Part shown: piece after piece, positions 10,278 to 19,209 of the stretch | How positions within the stretch are numbered: the first letter of the stretch is position 1 | How the letters are laid out: each line of letters starts with the position of its first letter | Origin: Gemmatimonadales bacterium | GTDB taxonomy: Bacteria > Gemmatimonadota > Gemmatimonadetes > Gemmatimonadales > GWC2-71-9 | Assembly: GCA_035711365.1 (NCBI GenBank) | Contig: DASTCF010000195.1 | Span: 6,644 to 70,643, forward strand | DNA length: 64,000 nt | Direction of reading: 5' to 3' | The notes under the pieces: generated by a model | What the model saw: the letters and a program-made list of their open reading frames with translations, nothing else | Databases searched by the model: none | Told to the model about the DNA's origin: nothing | Translations under genes and position numbers: made by a program

Positions 10278-11075
10278 ATGGGCGTGGTGAGAGTGATGCA
10301 GGTCGAAGCGCGGGTCGAAGCCCTGCCCGCGCTGCTGGATTTCGCCACGGCCGGCGCCCGCGAGGCTGGCGCCGACGAATCAGGCCAGCACGACGTGCGC
10401 CTGGCAGTTGAAGAAGTGCTGATGAACATCATCCAGCATGGGTACCCGCCGGGCGGCTGCGGCCCGGTGACGCTGCGGGTAGCCGCCGCGCCTGGGTCGG
10501 TTACCGTGACAGTGCTCGACGAGGCCCGCCCCTTCGCGCCGGAGCGGGCGCCCGCCCCGGATCTCGCCTCGGGATGGGAATCGCGCCCGATCGGGGGACT
10601 CGGGTGGTACCTTGTGTACAAGCTGATGGACGAGGTTCGCCACCGGCCTCGCGATGCCCAAGGCAATGAACTGACGCTGCTCAAGCGCTTCGGCCCGGCC
10701 GCGGCGCCTACTTCAACGAATTCGGGGAATCAGACGATGCAGATCGAGGTGGAACGCCGTGAGTCGCTGGCGATCGCGAAGGTACGTGGCAACATCGACG
10801 GCCTGACGGCGCCCGAGCTCGAGCGCGTGCTCGGCGGCGAGGTGACCGGCGGGAGCGCCAACCTCGTGGTGGCCTTCGAAGGCGTGGATTATACGAGCTC
10901 GGCAGGGTTGCGGGTGCTCCTGGCGGTCGTGAAGGAAGCGCGGAGCCGGGGCGGGGACGTCCGGCTGGCGGGCGTCCGCGAGAACGTGCGGAAGGTTCTG
11001 GACCTGAGCGGTTTTACCGGCATCCTGAAGCTGTTTCCCGATGTCGATGCGGCTGCCAGGAGCTTCGCGGCCTGA
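10278..11075 (+). CDS. RsbW/SpoIIAB-like serine kinase domain fused in frame to a STAS (anti-sigma-antagonist) domain
   Basis: Part of ORF 9831..11075. Kinase motifs EEVLMNIIQHGY and GGLGWYLVYKLMDEV, then linker GPAAAPTSTNSGNQT, then STAS MQIEVERR..VDYTSSAGLRVLL. No stop codon separates the domains. There is an internal ATG at 10737 with a GGGGAA box 7 nt upstream. Confidence 0.8.
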   Translation: MGVVRVMQVEARVEALPALLDFATAGAREAGADESGQHDVRLAVEEVLMNIIQHGYPPGGCGPVTLRVAAAPGSVTVTVLDEARPFAPERAPAPDLASGWESRPIGGLGWYLVYKLMDEVRHRPRDAQGNELTLLKRFGPAAAPTSTNSGNQTMQIEVERRESLAIAKVRGNIDGLTAPELERVLGGEVTGGSANLVVAFEGVDYTSSAGLRVLLAVVKEARSRGGDVRLAGVRENVRKVLDLSGFTGILKLFPDVDAAARSFAA

Positions 11076-11081
11076 GGCTCC

Positions 11082-12311
11082 CTACCCGGGAAGGCGACGC
11101 ACCGCGGCCAGGGTGATGTCATCAGCCTGTTCCGCGCCCGCGGCAAATCGTTGCACGTCCGCAAGAATCTTCTCGAGCAGCTCGCCCGCGGTTTCCGGCC
11201 TCTGCGCAAGCAGGTGCTCCAGCCGCTCCTCCCCGAACAGCGCGCCCGCCGAGTTTTTCGCCTCCGTCACGCCGTCAGTCCAGATGAGCAGCGTCTCTCC
11301 GGGCGCGAGCGCCGCTTCCCCGATGTGGAATTCGAGCTGAGGCAGGAGCCCGAGCGCCGGCCCGGTGGGCTGAAGCCGTGTCAGGCCCTCCGCGGTCAGG
11401 ATCGCCGGAGGTTCGTGACCGGCGTTGACATAATAGAGAAGTCCCGTGGTCGCGTCGAGGATGCCAAAGAACACGGTCGCGAACATGTTCGACCGGCTGT
11501 GGGTTCCCGCGATGTAGTCATTGGCGAGCGTCACGGTGCGAAGCAGGTTGCCGCGGATTGCGTCGTCGCGTGTGGTGGCATCCCGGCGGCGCTCCCGGAC
11601 TCGCCCGCGATCGTTCCACCGGACGCCTTCGGACTGCTCGGCGAGCGCGCGCAGGAGGCTCCGGAACAGCGCCATGAAGAGGGCCGCGCCGACACCCTTG
11701 TCGCATACATCTCCCACGACCACAACGGTCTCCCCACCGCTGAGCGTGAAGGCATCGTAGAAATCCCCCGACACCATACGCGCCGAGCGGAGGCGTGCCG
11801 CAAGCTCGTAGCCCGGCGGCTCCGGCAGAGACTCCGGCAGGAAGTGCGACTGGATCTCCCGCCCGATCTCGAGCTCGCGTTGCAGGCTCCTGGCGTAGAT
11901 CTGCTCACGGTCGTGGAGCCGCTTGCGCGCGAGGGAGGCGCTGAGCCGGGCCTGGAGGATGGTCGGATCGAAGGGCTTGGGGAGGTAATCGACGGCGCCG
12001 AGCCGGATGCAGCGCGCAATGCTCTCCGGGTCGTCCACGGCGGAGATCATGATGATCGGGATGTGCATCAGGTGGTCATCCACGCGCACCGCCTCGAGCA
12101 CCTCATAGCCATTGAGGTTCGGCATCATGATGTCGAGCAGCACCACATCGAACGGCTCGGCCCGCAGCAGCTCGAGCGCCTGGCGCCCGTCCTCCGCGAG
12201 CACCACCTCGTGGCCGAGCCGCCGGACCCGCCGGGACAGCAGATCGCGATTGAGCTCGTTGTCGTCCGCCACGAGGACGCGTGCGGTGCCGCCGGATTCG
12301 GGAGCTGTCAC
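11082..12311 (-). CDS. response regulator with PP2C/SpoIIE phosphatase output (RsbY/RsbU-like)
   Basis: 409 aa. Receiver (VLVADDNELN, VVLLDIMMPNLNG, KPF) followed by PP2C motifs SGDFYDAF, GDVCDKGVGAALFMA, NAGHEPP, TDGVTEA, DDITLAAV. Confidence 0.9.
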   Translation of the reverse strand: MTAPESGGTARVLVADDNELNRDLLSRRVRRLGHEVVLAEDGRQALELLRAEPFDVVLLDIMMPNLNGYEVLEAVRVDDHLMHIPIIMISAVDDPESIARCIRLGAVDYLPKPFDPTILQARLSASLARKRLHDREQIYARSLQRELEIGREIQSHFLPESLPEPPGYELAARLRSARMVSGDFYDAFTLSGGETVVVVGDVCDKGVGAALFMALFRSLLRALAEQSEGVRWNDRGRVRERRRDATTRDDAIRGNLLRTVTLANDYIAGTHSRSNMFATVFFGILDATTGLLYYVNAGHEPPAILTAEGLTRLQPTGPALGLLPQLEFHIGEAALAPGETLLIWTDGVTEAKNSAGALFGEERLEHLLAQRPETAGELLEKILADVQRFAAGAEQADDITLAAVRRLPG

Positions 12312-13168
12312 GCGGCCGGTTCCGCCAGGAGGCGCCGGATGTAGGGGACATGCGAGAGCGCCGCCTGGCGGCCCTCCTCGATCGCGTATGGGATCTTGGC
12401 CGTGTCGAAGATCCCGACCGGTTGGCTGAACACGGGCATTACCGGGATCACCTCCGCGTGGTGCGACAGGTTGTGGAATGCGAATCGCGAGCGGAGCAGG
12501 TTGTTGGTCATGACGCCGGTGAGCTGGAGGGCGATGCGCAGTGGGCTGGTGAACCGGCGGATCGCGGGGCTCTCGAATCCGATGGCGAGAATCACGCCGG
12601 CTCCTTCGCGCATGGCCACGTTCACCGGGAGCGGGTCAGACAGAAAGCCGTCCATGAGCAGCCGGTCTCCGATCCGCCAGGGCGGGAAGACCAGCGGGAT
12701 GGCGATGCTTGCCCGCATCGCTTCCCACAGCTTGCCGCCGGACAACACGACCTGGTCGCCGCTGTGAAAATCCGTGGCCGTGATGAACAGGGGAAGCGCC
12801 GTATCACTGAACTGCTGCTCGCCGAACGCCGACCTGAGCCGCTCGCCGAGGAGCCGGTCATCGCGGAAGCTGAATTCGGCGGAAAACCCGAACAGCTTCG
12901 GAAACGCCGCCTGGAGCAGCGCGAAGCGGCGCGGTCGCGACGTCGCTTCCGCCGTCCACAGGCGGACCGCCGTGTCGATCGTATGCTCGATGGACCAGCC
13001 AAGCGCCGTCGCCGCGGCGTAGATGGCCCCTCCGCTGCATCCGACCACCATGTCCAGCTCAATGCCGTCGTCCCTCAGCGCCTGCTGCAGGCCGATTGCC
13101 GCGGCACACTTCACGCCGCCGGCGCCGATCACGAGCGCCAGTCGCTTGCGAGGTTGCACAAAGGACAT
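12308..13168 (-). CDS. patatin-like phospholipase
   Basis: 286 aa. Oxyanion GAGGVKCAAAIG, nucleophile elbow GCSGG, catalytic Asp motif MDGF. 4-nt overlap with the downstream phosphatase gene. Confidence 0.88.
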   Translation of the reverse strand: MSFVQPRKRLALVIGAGGVKCAAAIGLQQALRDDGIELDMVVGCSGGAIYAAATALGWSIEHTIDTAVRLWTAEATSRPRRFALLQAAFPKLFGFSAEFSFRDDRLLGERLRSAFGEQQFSDTALPLFITATDFHSGDQVVLSGGKLWEAMRASIAIPLVFPPWRIGDRLLMDGFLSDPLPVNVAMREGAGVILAIGFESPAIRRFTSPLRIALQLTGVMTNNLLRSRFAFHNLSHHAEVIPVMPVFSQPVGIFDTAKIPYAIEEGRQAALSHVPYIRRLLAEPAA

Positions 13169-13213
13169 GGGTCAAGGATGGAGCGCGCATGGCGGGCGCG
13201 CAACCGCGCCGCG

Positions 13214-14047
13214 TCATGCGCGCGGCAGGAAGCCGTCGAGAATGCGGCGAAAGTCGTCGAACGCTTCGACGTACGGCACGTGGCCGCAGTGCGGGAGCAG
13301 GTGAAACGGCGCGCCCAGGCATTCGGCCACCGTCCGTGCGAATTCGGCGGGAATCGGGTCGTCGTCGCCGTGCAGCACAACGGCGGGCAGGTGGAGCAGC
13401 CGGAGCGCCGGGCGCAGGTCGAATTCGCCGAGGCTGGCCCAGACCTCCTGCTGCGTGCGACCAGTCACCCGGAAAGGCGTCAGTGAGCCGGCCTGCGACG
13501 GATCGTGGAAATACCCGGCAACCGACAGCTCGAAGAGCCGCCGCTGGAAGGCGGCCGGGTCACGCTCCCGGAGTCCGCTCTCTCGCAATGCCGCCCGCTC
13601 GGCTTGAAACGCGGGCGACATGGTGCGGTTGTGGAAGCGGTGCTCGAACTCCACTCGCGCGGCGCGCCATGCCGGTGCGGCCGAGACGAGGGCCAGACGC
13701 TCGACCCGGTTCGGATGGTTCGTCGCATAGAGCTCGGCAAGCAGCCCGCCCCACGAGTAGCCCAGGAGCGTGAGCCGATCCAGCCCCCATATCGAGCGGA
13801 GCGCCTCCAGGTCGGCGACGTGCTCCGTCCAGCCAACGGGAACGCTGCGCGCCACTGCGGACTGTCCCCCGCCGCGCTGGTCGTAATAGATGAGCGTGCG
13901 ACCCGTGGCGAGGGCGTCGAATCCCGGCAACAGGTAGTCGTGGTGCGCCCCCGGGCCTCCGTGCAGGACGACCACGGCGGGCCCGGAGCCGAGGCGGCGC
14001 TCGAAGATGTCCACCCCGCGGACCGCGCGGGTGGTCGTTGTGATCAC
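13214..14047 (-). CDS. alpha/beta hydrolase, proline-iminopeptidase-like
   Basis: 277 aa with LHGGPGAHHDY, YYDQRGGGQS and nucleophile elbow GYSWGG. Confidence 0.85.
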   Translation of the reverse strand: MITTTTRAVRGVDIFERRLGSGPAVVVLHGGPGAHHDYLLPGFDALATGRTLIYYDQRGGGQSAVARSVPVGWTEHVADLEALRSIWGLDRLTLLGYSWGGLLAELYATNHPNRVERLALVSAAPAWRAARVEFEHRFHNRTMSPAFQAERAALRESGLRERDPAAFQRRLFELSVAGYFHDPSQAGSLTPFRVTGRTQQEVWASLGEFDLRPALRLLHLPAVVLHGDDDPIPAEFARTVAECLGAPFHLLPHCGHVPYVEAFDDFRRILDGFLPRA

Positions 14048-14505
14048 AGGAGAACGGCGAGCGCGTCGGCAACGGCCTTCACGGCTTCCTGCTCCGCGGC
14101 CGTGAAGGGATCGGTGACATCGCTGTCGATGTCGATCTGGCCCAGGATGGCGGGGCCGCGGCGAATCAGGACGACCAGCTCGGAACGGGTTTCGAGATTG
14201 CAGGCCAGGTAGTTCTCGAGCCCACGCACATCGCCGACGTTCTGGTCCTGACCCGTGGCGACCGCGGTGCCGCAGACGCCCCTGCCGATGGGGATCCGGG
14301 TGTGTTCCGTCTCGCGCCCGCTGAAGGCTTCGAGGCGGAGCTCGGCGTCGTGCAGCATATAGAGATAGACAGAAGTGTACGGGGCGCCGGCCGCCCGGAT
14401 CCGGTCAGCAGCCATCTGAAGCAGGGCCTGACGGCCCGCCTCCCGCGCGAAGGCGCCACGCAGCGCGGCGACCACCTTGTCCGCGTCGAGGACCGCCGGG
14501 CTCAT
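14044..14505 (-). CDS. GAF-domain protein, free methionine-(R)-sulfoxide reductase-like
   Basis: 153 aa. GRGVCGTAVATG and YLACNLETRSELVVLI resemble the fRMsr/YebR family blocks. 4-nt overlaps on both sides. Confidence 0.75.
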   Translation of the reverse strand: MSPAVLDADKVVAALRGAFAREAGRQALLQMAADRIRAAGAPYTSVYLYMLHDAELRLEAFSGRETEHTRIPIGRGVCGTAVATGQDQNVGDVRGLENYLACNLETRSELVVLIRRGPAILGQIDIDSDVTDPFTAAEQEAVKAVADALAVLL

Positions 14506-15782
14506 CCGCCGCGTTTGCCGAGCGTGACTGGCAGGTGCTGTTCGACGCCGTCGCGCAGCACCACGATCTCGACCTTGTCGCCCGCACGGTGGGCGCGAAG
14601 CGCCTCCGTCATGGCGACCAGGTCCGACACCTGGTGCTCGCCGATTCGGGTAATGATGTCGCCGCCCTTGAGGCCGCCCAGTTCGGCCGGGCTGCCCTTG
14701 GTAACGCCTGTGATCCGCACGCCGCCGATGTCGCCGGAGGCCATGTCGGGAATGGTGCCGAGATAGGCGCCGTAGCCGGGGGTGGACGCGACGCCCGGCT
14801 TGGGGGCGGGCGGTGGGACGTCGATGAACGTGAGCGCCACCGGACGATTCGCGATCGCCGTCACGATGCCCGTCGCGAACTCTGCCACCCGCACCATGCC
14901 CGGCGCGTTGATCTTGTCCCAGTCATCCGTCGAGCGGTGATAGTCGGCGTGCAGGTCCGTGAAGAGGTGGAGCACCGGCCGGTGTGCCGCGTAGAAAGAG
15001 GTCTGGTCGCTCGGGCCGTACCCCTCCGGCTGGGGCTTCAGGTCGAACTTGGCATACCAGTTCAGCGAATCGAGGAGGGCGGGGAACTCCTTCGCGGTGC
15101 CGACCCCGTAGACGATGAGGCGGTTGTCCTTGAGCCTCCCGACCATGTCGAGATTGATCATGGCCATGACACCGGTGAGCGGATACGCCGGGTTCTTCAC
15201 ATAGTAGTCGGAGCCGAGGAGCCCGAGCTCCTCGCCGCTGAACGCAATGAACACGACGGTTCGGGCAGGAGGCGCGGCCGCGAGGCGCTGGGCGATTTCA
15301 ATCAGCGCGGCGCTGCCGGACGCGTTGTCGTCCGCTCCGTTATGGACCCTGCCTGTGCTGTCCGGGTCCAGCGCACCAAAGCCGCCGAGCCCCAGATGGT
15401 CATAGTGCGCGCCGACGACGACGATCTCCCCGCGAAGGGCGGGGTCCCGGCCCGGCAGGATGCCGATCACGTTCTTCCCGTGCAACTCCCCGAGATTGGC
15501 GTGCTGCACGGCAGGAGCATCCTTTGAAACGGTGAACGGCTGGAACCAGCCGGCGGGAGCCGGCTGGAGGCCCGCCTGGCCGAACCGGCGTGCGATGTAC
15601 GCGGCGGCGGTGTCCGCCCCCGCCGTTCCGGTGAGCCGGCCGCCCAGCCGGTCATCGGCAAGGAATCGAACGTCATCGAGCACTCGCTCGGCGGCCGACG
15701 GTGCGGCGGCACTGGTCTGGGCCTGGACCGGGAGGATGCCCGCGACGGAGAGGGCCAGCGAAAAAGCGATGGAAGCACGCAT
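14502..15782 (-). CDS. secreted M28-family aminopeptidase with C-terminal PDZ domain
   Basis: 426 aa. Signal peptide ending VQAQ, M28 core (VVGAHYDHLG..GADDNASG..SGEELGLLGS) and a PDZ-like tail (GVRITGVTKGSPAELGGLKGGDIITRIG). Confidence 0.85.
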   Translation of the reverse strand: MRASIAFSLALSVAGILPVQAQTSAAAPSAAERVLDDVRFLADDRLGGRLTGTAGADTAAAYIARRFGQAGLQPAPAGWFQPFTVSKDAPAVQHANLGELHGKNVIGILPGRDPALRGEIVVVGAHYDHLGLGGFGALDPDSTGRVHNGADDNASGSAALIEIAQRLAAAPPARTVVFIAFSGEELGLLGSDYYVKNPAYPLTGVMAMINLDMVGRLKDNRLIVYGVGTAKEFPALLDSLNWYAKFDLKPQPEGYGPSDQTSFYAAHRPVLHLFTDLHADYHRSTDDWDKINAPGMVRVAEFATGIVTAIANRPVALTFIDVPPPAPKPGVASTPGYGAYLGTIPDMASGDIGGVRITGVTKGSPAELGGLKGGDIITRIGEHQVSDLVAMTEALRAHRAGDKVEIVVLRDGVEQHLPVTLGKRGG

Positions 15783-15971
15783 GGATTAAGCGCTTGCCTT
15801 GAAAGTAGAGGGTGCGGAGGGGTTGCCGGACCCGAAGGTGACCCTAAGATTCTAATCGGGGTGGCGCCCCAGGCCCAACTCGCCGGATTCATCGACCCGC
15901 GGTCGCAATGCTACATGCACCTCGCAGCCCGCGGCCTTGACTTCTCACCCCGTCGGCGGGACGCTATAGCG

Positions 15972-17450
15972 ATGGCCGCCCCATCCTCGATCGTCGCCGC
16001 ACTCGCCCGCATGCTCGACCTTCTCGTGAACGCCCCGGATGACCGGGACGCGCAGAAGACGGCATTCCGATCCCTGTTCGCAACTCTCGAAGCCACCGGC
16101 GCCACGTTGAGCGCCGACCTCTCCGGCCTGACCGTGGACGGGACTCCGCTCGCGAAGGGGACGCCGGGGGCCGCGGAAGTTCAGGCCCGGTTCATCGTTC
16201 ACGGAGTCGGAGTCCTCGGCGTGCCCGGCGGCGTAAAGCCGGCGGACCTGCTCGCGGTGCTTCGCCAGTTGGCGAGTCCACCGCCGGGCCCGGGCGGCGC
16301 CGAAGCGTTCGTGCAGCGACTACCCCGCGAGGCCGCGCTTGCAATTGAGGTCAGTCCTCCCCGCGCCCTTCCGCCGGCAGGAGATACGATCATCCTGGCG
16401 GAAACCGGTCTGGTTTCCGTCAAGTCCGAAGCGGCACCGGAGCCCGTCGAGGCGGCGCCGTACCTGCCGCTCACCGAATCCCACGCGGGGAGCAGTGGAT
16501 CGGGTCCGGGTGCTGCGGAAGAGCCCGGTGCGTTCCCGCACGATGAGCTGCGCGAACTCGAGGCACGCGCCGACCTCGCCTATCGGCACGATGACTGGGA
16601 AGAGGTGCTGACCGTGGCGACGCGGGTGCGGGCCGCAGAGGCCGCCTTGGGCGGCGAGGCCCACCAGCGGCGATTCACCATCACCATGCGCCGGATTCTG
16701 CCGAAGCCGGCCCTCCAGCACATCGCCCGGCTGGCGCTGGCGGGCCAGCGCCGGCAGGAAGCGCTCGCAGCGCTCGAACGCATGGGCGATGACGCCGTCG
16801 AGCCGTTGCTCGAGCTCCTGACGGTCGCGCCGACGATCGAAGAGCGACGGAGCTACTTCAACGTGTTGAGCAGAATGAAGGCGGGCGGGCCGCAGATCAT
16901 CAGCCGCCTGGATCACCCCGACTGGTTCGTGGTCCGGAATGTCGCGGAGTTGTGCGGTGAGCTGGGGCTCGAGGACGCCGTCCCGCGTCTCGCCGATCAG
17001 ATCTCGCACCGCGACGAGCGGGTGCGCAGGGCGGTCACCGGCGCCCTGGCCCGCATCGGGACAACCGCCGCGCTCGAGCCCCTGCGGCGCGCCCTCCGGG
17101 ATCCCTCGCCTGCGGTGCGGCTGCAGGCCGCCCAGTCCCTCGGGGCTCCCTGGACGAAGGGCATTGCCATGTCGGTGGTGCTCCGGCTCGATGAGGAGGA
17201 CCATCCCGATGTCCTGCGAGAGCTCCATCTGGCGCTGGGCCGGTTCGGCACCGCCGAAGCCATCCACGCGCTGCGCAAATCGGCCGCCCCCCCCAGAGGA
17301 CTGTTTGCCCGGAAGCCGACGGCTCTGCGCCTGGCCGCGATCGAAGGACTGGCCCTGGTGGAGGATGCCGCGGCGCGAACCGCCCTGGTCGAACTCCTCG
17401 GCGACAGCGATCAGGCGGTGCGTGATGCGGTGGGCAAGATCTTGAAATAG
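15972..17450 (+). CDS. HEAT-repeat protein
   Basis: ORF 15861..17450. The C-terminal half has repeated HEAT/PBS-lyase-like units (RNVAELCGELGLEDAVPRLADQISHRDERVRRAVTGALARIG..DPSPAVRLQAAQSLG). The start is uncertain (ATG 15972, 15915 or 15861). Confidence 0.72.
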   Translation: MAAPSSIVAALARMLDLLVNAPDDRDAQKTAFRSLFATLEATGATLSADLSGLTVDGTPLAKGTPGAAEVQARFIVHGVGVLGVPGGVKPADLLAVLRQLASPPPGPGGAEAFVQRLPREAALAIEVSPPRALPPAGDTIILAETGLVSVKSEAAPEPVEAAPYLPLTESHAGSSGSGPGAAEEPGAFPHDELRELEARADLAYRHDDWEEVLTVATRVRAAEAALGGEAHQRRFTITMRRILPKPALQHIARLALAGQRRQEALAALERMGDDAVEPLLELLTVAPTIEERRSYFNVLSRMKAGGPQIISRLDHPDWFVVRNVAELCGELGLEDAVPRLADQISHRDERVRRAVTGALARIGTTAALEPLRRALRDPSPAVRLQAAQSLGAPWTKGIAMSVVLRLDEEDHPDVLRELHLALGRFGTAEAIHALRKSAAPPRGLFARKPTALRLAAIEGLALVEDAAARTALVELLGDSDQAVRDAVGKILK

Positions 17451-17500
17451 TCGGACAGGCGGACAGTCGGGCAGTAGCTTCGCCTGACCCGCCGACCCGC

Positions 17501-18568
17501 CTATCTCGGCACGAAATCCGTCTTCGCGTCGATCCCCCGTGCAAACGCGGCCAGCAGGCGCGCCGCCCGGCTCACATCCTCCAGCTCCACCATTTCACTC
17601 GGGCTGTGCATGTAGCGCAGCGGCACGCTGACGAGCCCCGTGGCCACGCCGCGGTGGGCGGTGAAGATATTGTCGGCATCGGTGCTCGTAGACCGTGGCG
17701 CGGCTTCGATCGTATAGGGGATTTTTTCCGCGTCGGCGGCCCCCACCAATCGGTCGAACACTACTGGATTCACCGCACTGCCGCGGGAGAGGACCGGCCC
17801 GCCTCCCAGCTTGAACTCTCCATGCTTTCGCTTCTCGACGCCCGGATAGTCGGTTGCGTGGGTGACGTCCACGACGATTGCCACCTGGGCGTCCAGCTCC
17901 GTGGCGCTGGTGCGGGCGCCGCCACCGGTGAAGCCGATTTCCTCCTGGGTCGTTCCGACGGCCGTGACCCGGGCGGCGGGCCGGTCATTCGCCAGCAGGC
18001 GAAGCGCCTCGAGAACGACATAGGCTCCGATGCGGTTGTCGAGTGACCGGCTCGCGATTCGTCCGTTGGGCAGTGAGATCACCGAAGAGGTGAGGACGCC
18101 CGCATCGCCCACGCGGACCAGCGCGCCCGCTTCGTCCTTCGTCTTGGCGCCGATGTCGATCCACAGATCTTCTACGCGCGAGATCTTCTCCCGATCATCC
18201 TTGTCCATCAGGTGGATCGCCTTCTTGCCGACGACCCCCGACACCGGGCCCTGGCGGCCCAGGAGAGTGACCCGCTGGCCCACGAAGACCTGATGGTCCC
18301 AGCCGCCGATCGCATCGAAGCCGAGGAATCCGTCGTCGTCGACATGTACCACCATCACGCCGATTTCGTCGAGATGCCCCGCCAACATCACCCGGGGATT
18401 ACCGCCTGGATTCACGGTCGCGTAGCAGTTGCCGTGCACATCGACGCCGACCTGGTCGGCGAACCCTTCCGCCTCCTGCCTCCACAGCCGGGCGGGGGCC
18501 GTCTCGAACCCCGATGGCCCCGGGGCATCGAGCAGGCGGGTGAGGAACTGATGGTCAGCGGCGGTCAT
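17501..18568 (-). CDS. M42-family metallopeptidase (glutamyl aminopeptidase / FrvX-like)
   Basis: 355 aa with GPSGFE, MLAGHLDEIGVMV, SRSLDNRIG and TTQEEIG blocks. Confidence 0.9.
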   Translation of the reverse strand: MTAADHQFLTRLLDAPGPSGFETAPARLWRQEAEGFADQVGVDVHGNCYATVNPGGNPRVMLAGHLDEIGVMVVHVDDDGFLGFDAIGGWDHQVFVGQRVTLLGRQGPVSGVVGKKAIHLMDKDDREKISRVEDLWIDIGAKTKDEAGALVRVGDAGVLTSSVISLPNGRIASRSLDNRIGAYVVLEALRLLANDRPAARVTAVGTTQEEIGFTGGGARTSATELDAQVAIVVDVTHATDYPGVEKRKHGEFKLGGGPVLSRGSAVNPVVFDRLVGAADAEKIPYTIEAAPRSTSTDADNIFTAHRGVATGLVSVPLRYMHSPSEMVELEDVSRAARLLAAFARGIDAKTDFVPR

Positions 18569-18605
18569 GGCAGCTCATCTGAAGGTGGAGGTGGTGGCGC
18601 GCAGC

Positions 18606-19046
18606 CTACTCGGCGATGCGTGCGGGAGTCGTGGCGGCGAGTAGCGACAGACCGGCAGCGGCCGCCGCTGCGAACGGCAGCATCCGACCGCTCACGGCCA
18701 GGACGACGGCGCCGAAAAGAACGATACTCTCCCCGATCGCCCAGATCGCGATGGCCTTCCCCAGATGGGACCGCCACCAATCCAACTCCGACTGGCTGCT
18801 GCTGCGGACCGGGATCAGCCGCCTCAGCGAGAGCCCGGCCATCAGCCCGGAGGCGGCGAGGGCGTAGGCCGCGAACGCCAGCGCTCCCGTGGTCGCGGCT
18901 GGCGCGGCGAAGCGGCCGCGGAGCGCCCATCCCATCGCCGCCATCAGCACGGTCGACGCCGTCAACGTGAGATGCAGGATGCGGGCGGTGGTCGCCGGAG
19001 TGACCGCTCGGCGAGACGTACCAGGCGGAGGCGTGCGCTCGATCAT
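18606..19046 (-). CDS. hypothetical membrane protein
   Basis: 146 aa with about four hydrophobic helices and mostly G/C third positions. It has better coding character than the overlapping alternative frames. Confidence 0.55.
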   Translation of the reverse strand: MIERTPPPGTSRRAVTPATTARILHLTLTASTVLMAAMGWALRGRFAAPAATTGALAFAAYALAASGLMAGLSLRRLIPVRSSSQSELDWWRSHLGKAIAIWAIGESIVLFGAVVLAVSGRMLPFAAAAAAGLSLLAATTPARIAE

Positions 19047-19134
19047 GGCTGGTCAACGTTAGGTAGCGAAGCCGCCGCCGTCCAGCGCCACCATTGTCAG
19101 TTCGTCGACCGGGACGAAGTTCCGGAAATGCGAC

Positions 19135-19157
19135 GGGGGCGGCCATCGGCCGCCCCC
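19135..19157. terminator. perfect 10-bp GC hairpin downstream of the PBP4 gene
   Basis: GGGGGCGGCC-atc-GGCCGCCCCC. On the minus strand it is followed by GTCGCATTTCC. It lies 53 nt after the 19210 stop. Confidence 0.5.
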
Positions 19158-19209
19158 GTTTCGTTTCCGTGATCGCGCCAGGCGGTGGACGCCCCGGCCT
19201 CGGCGACGG

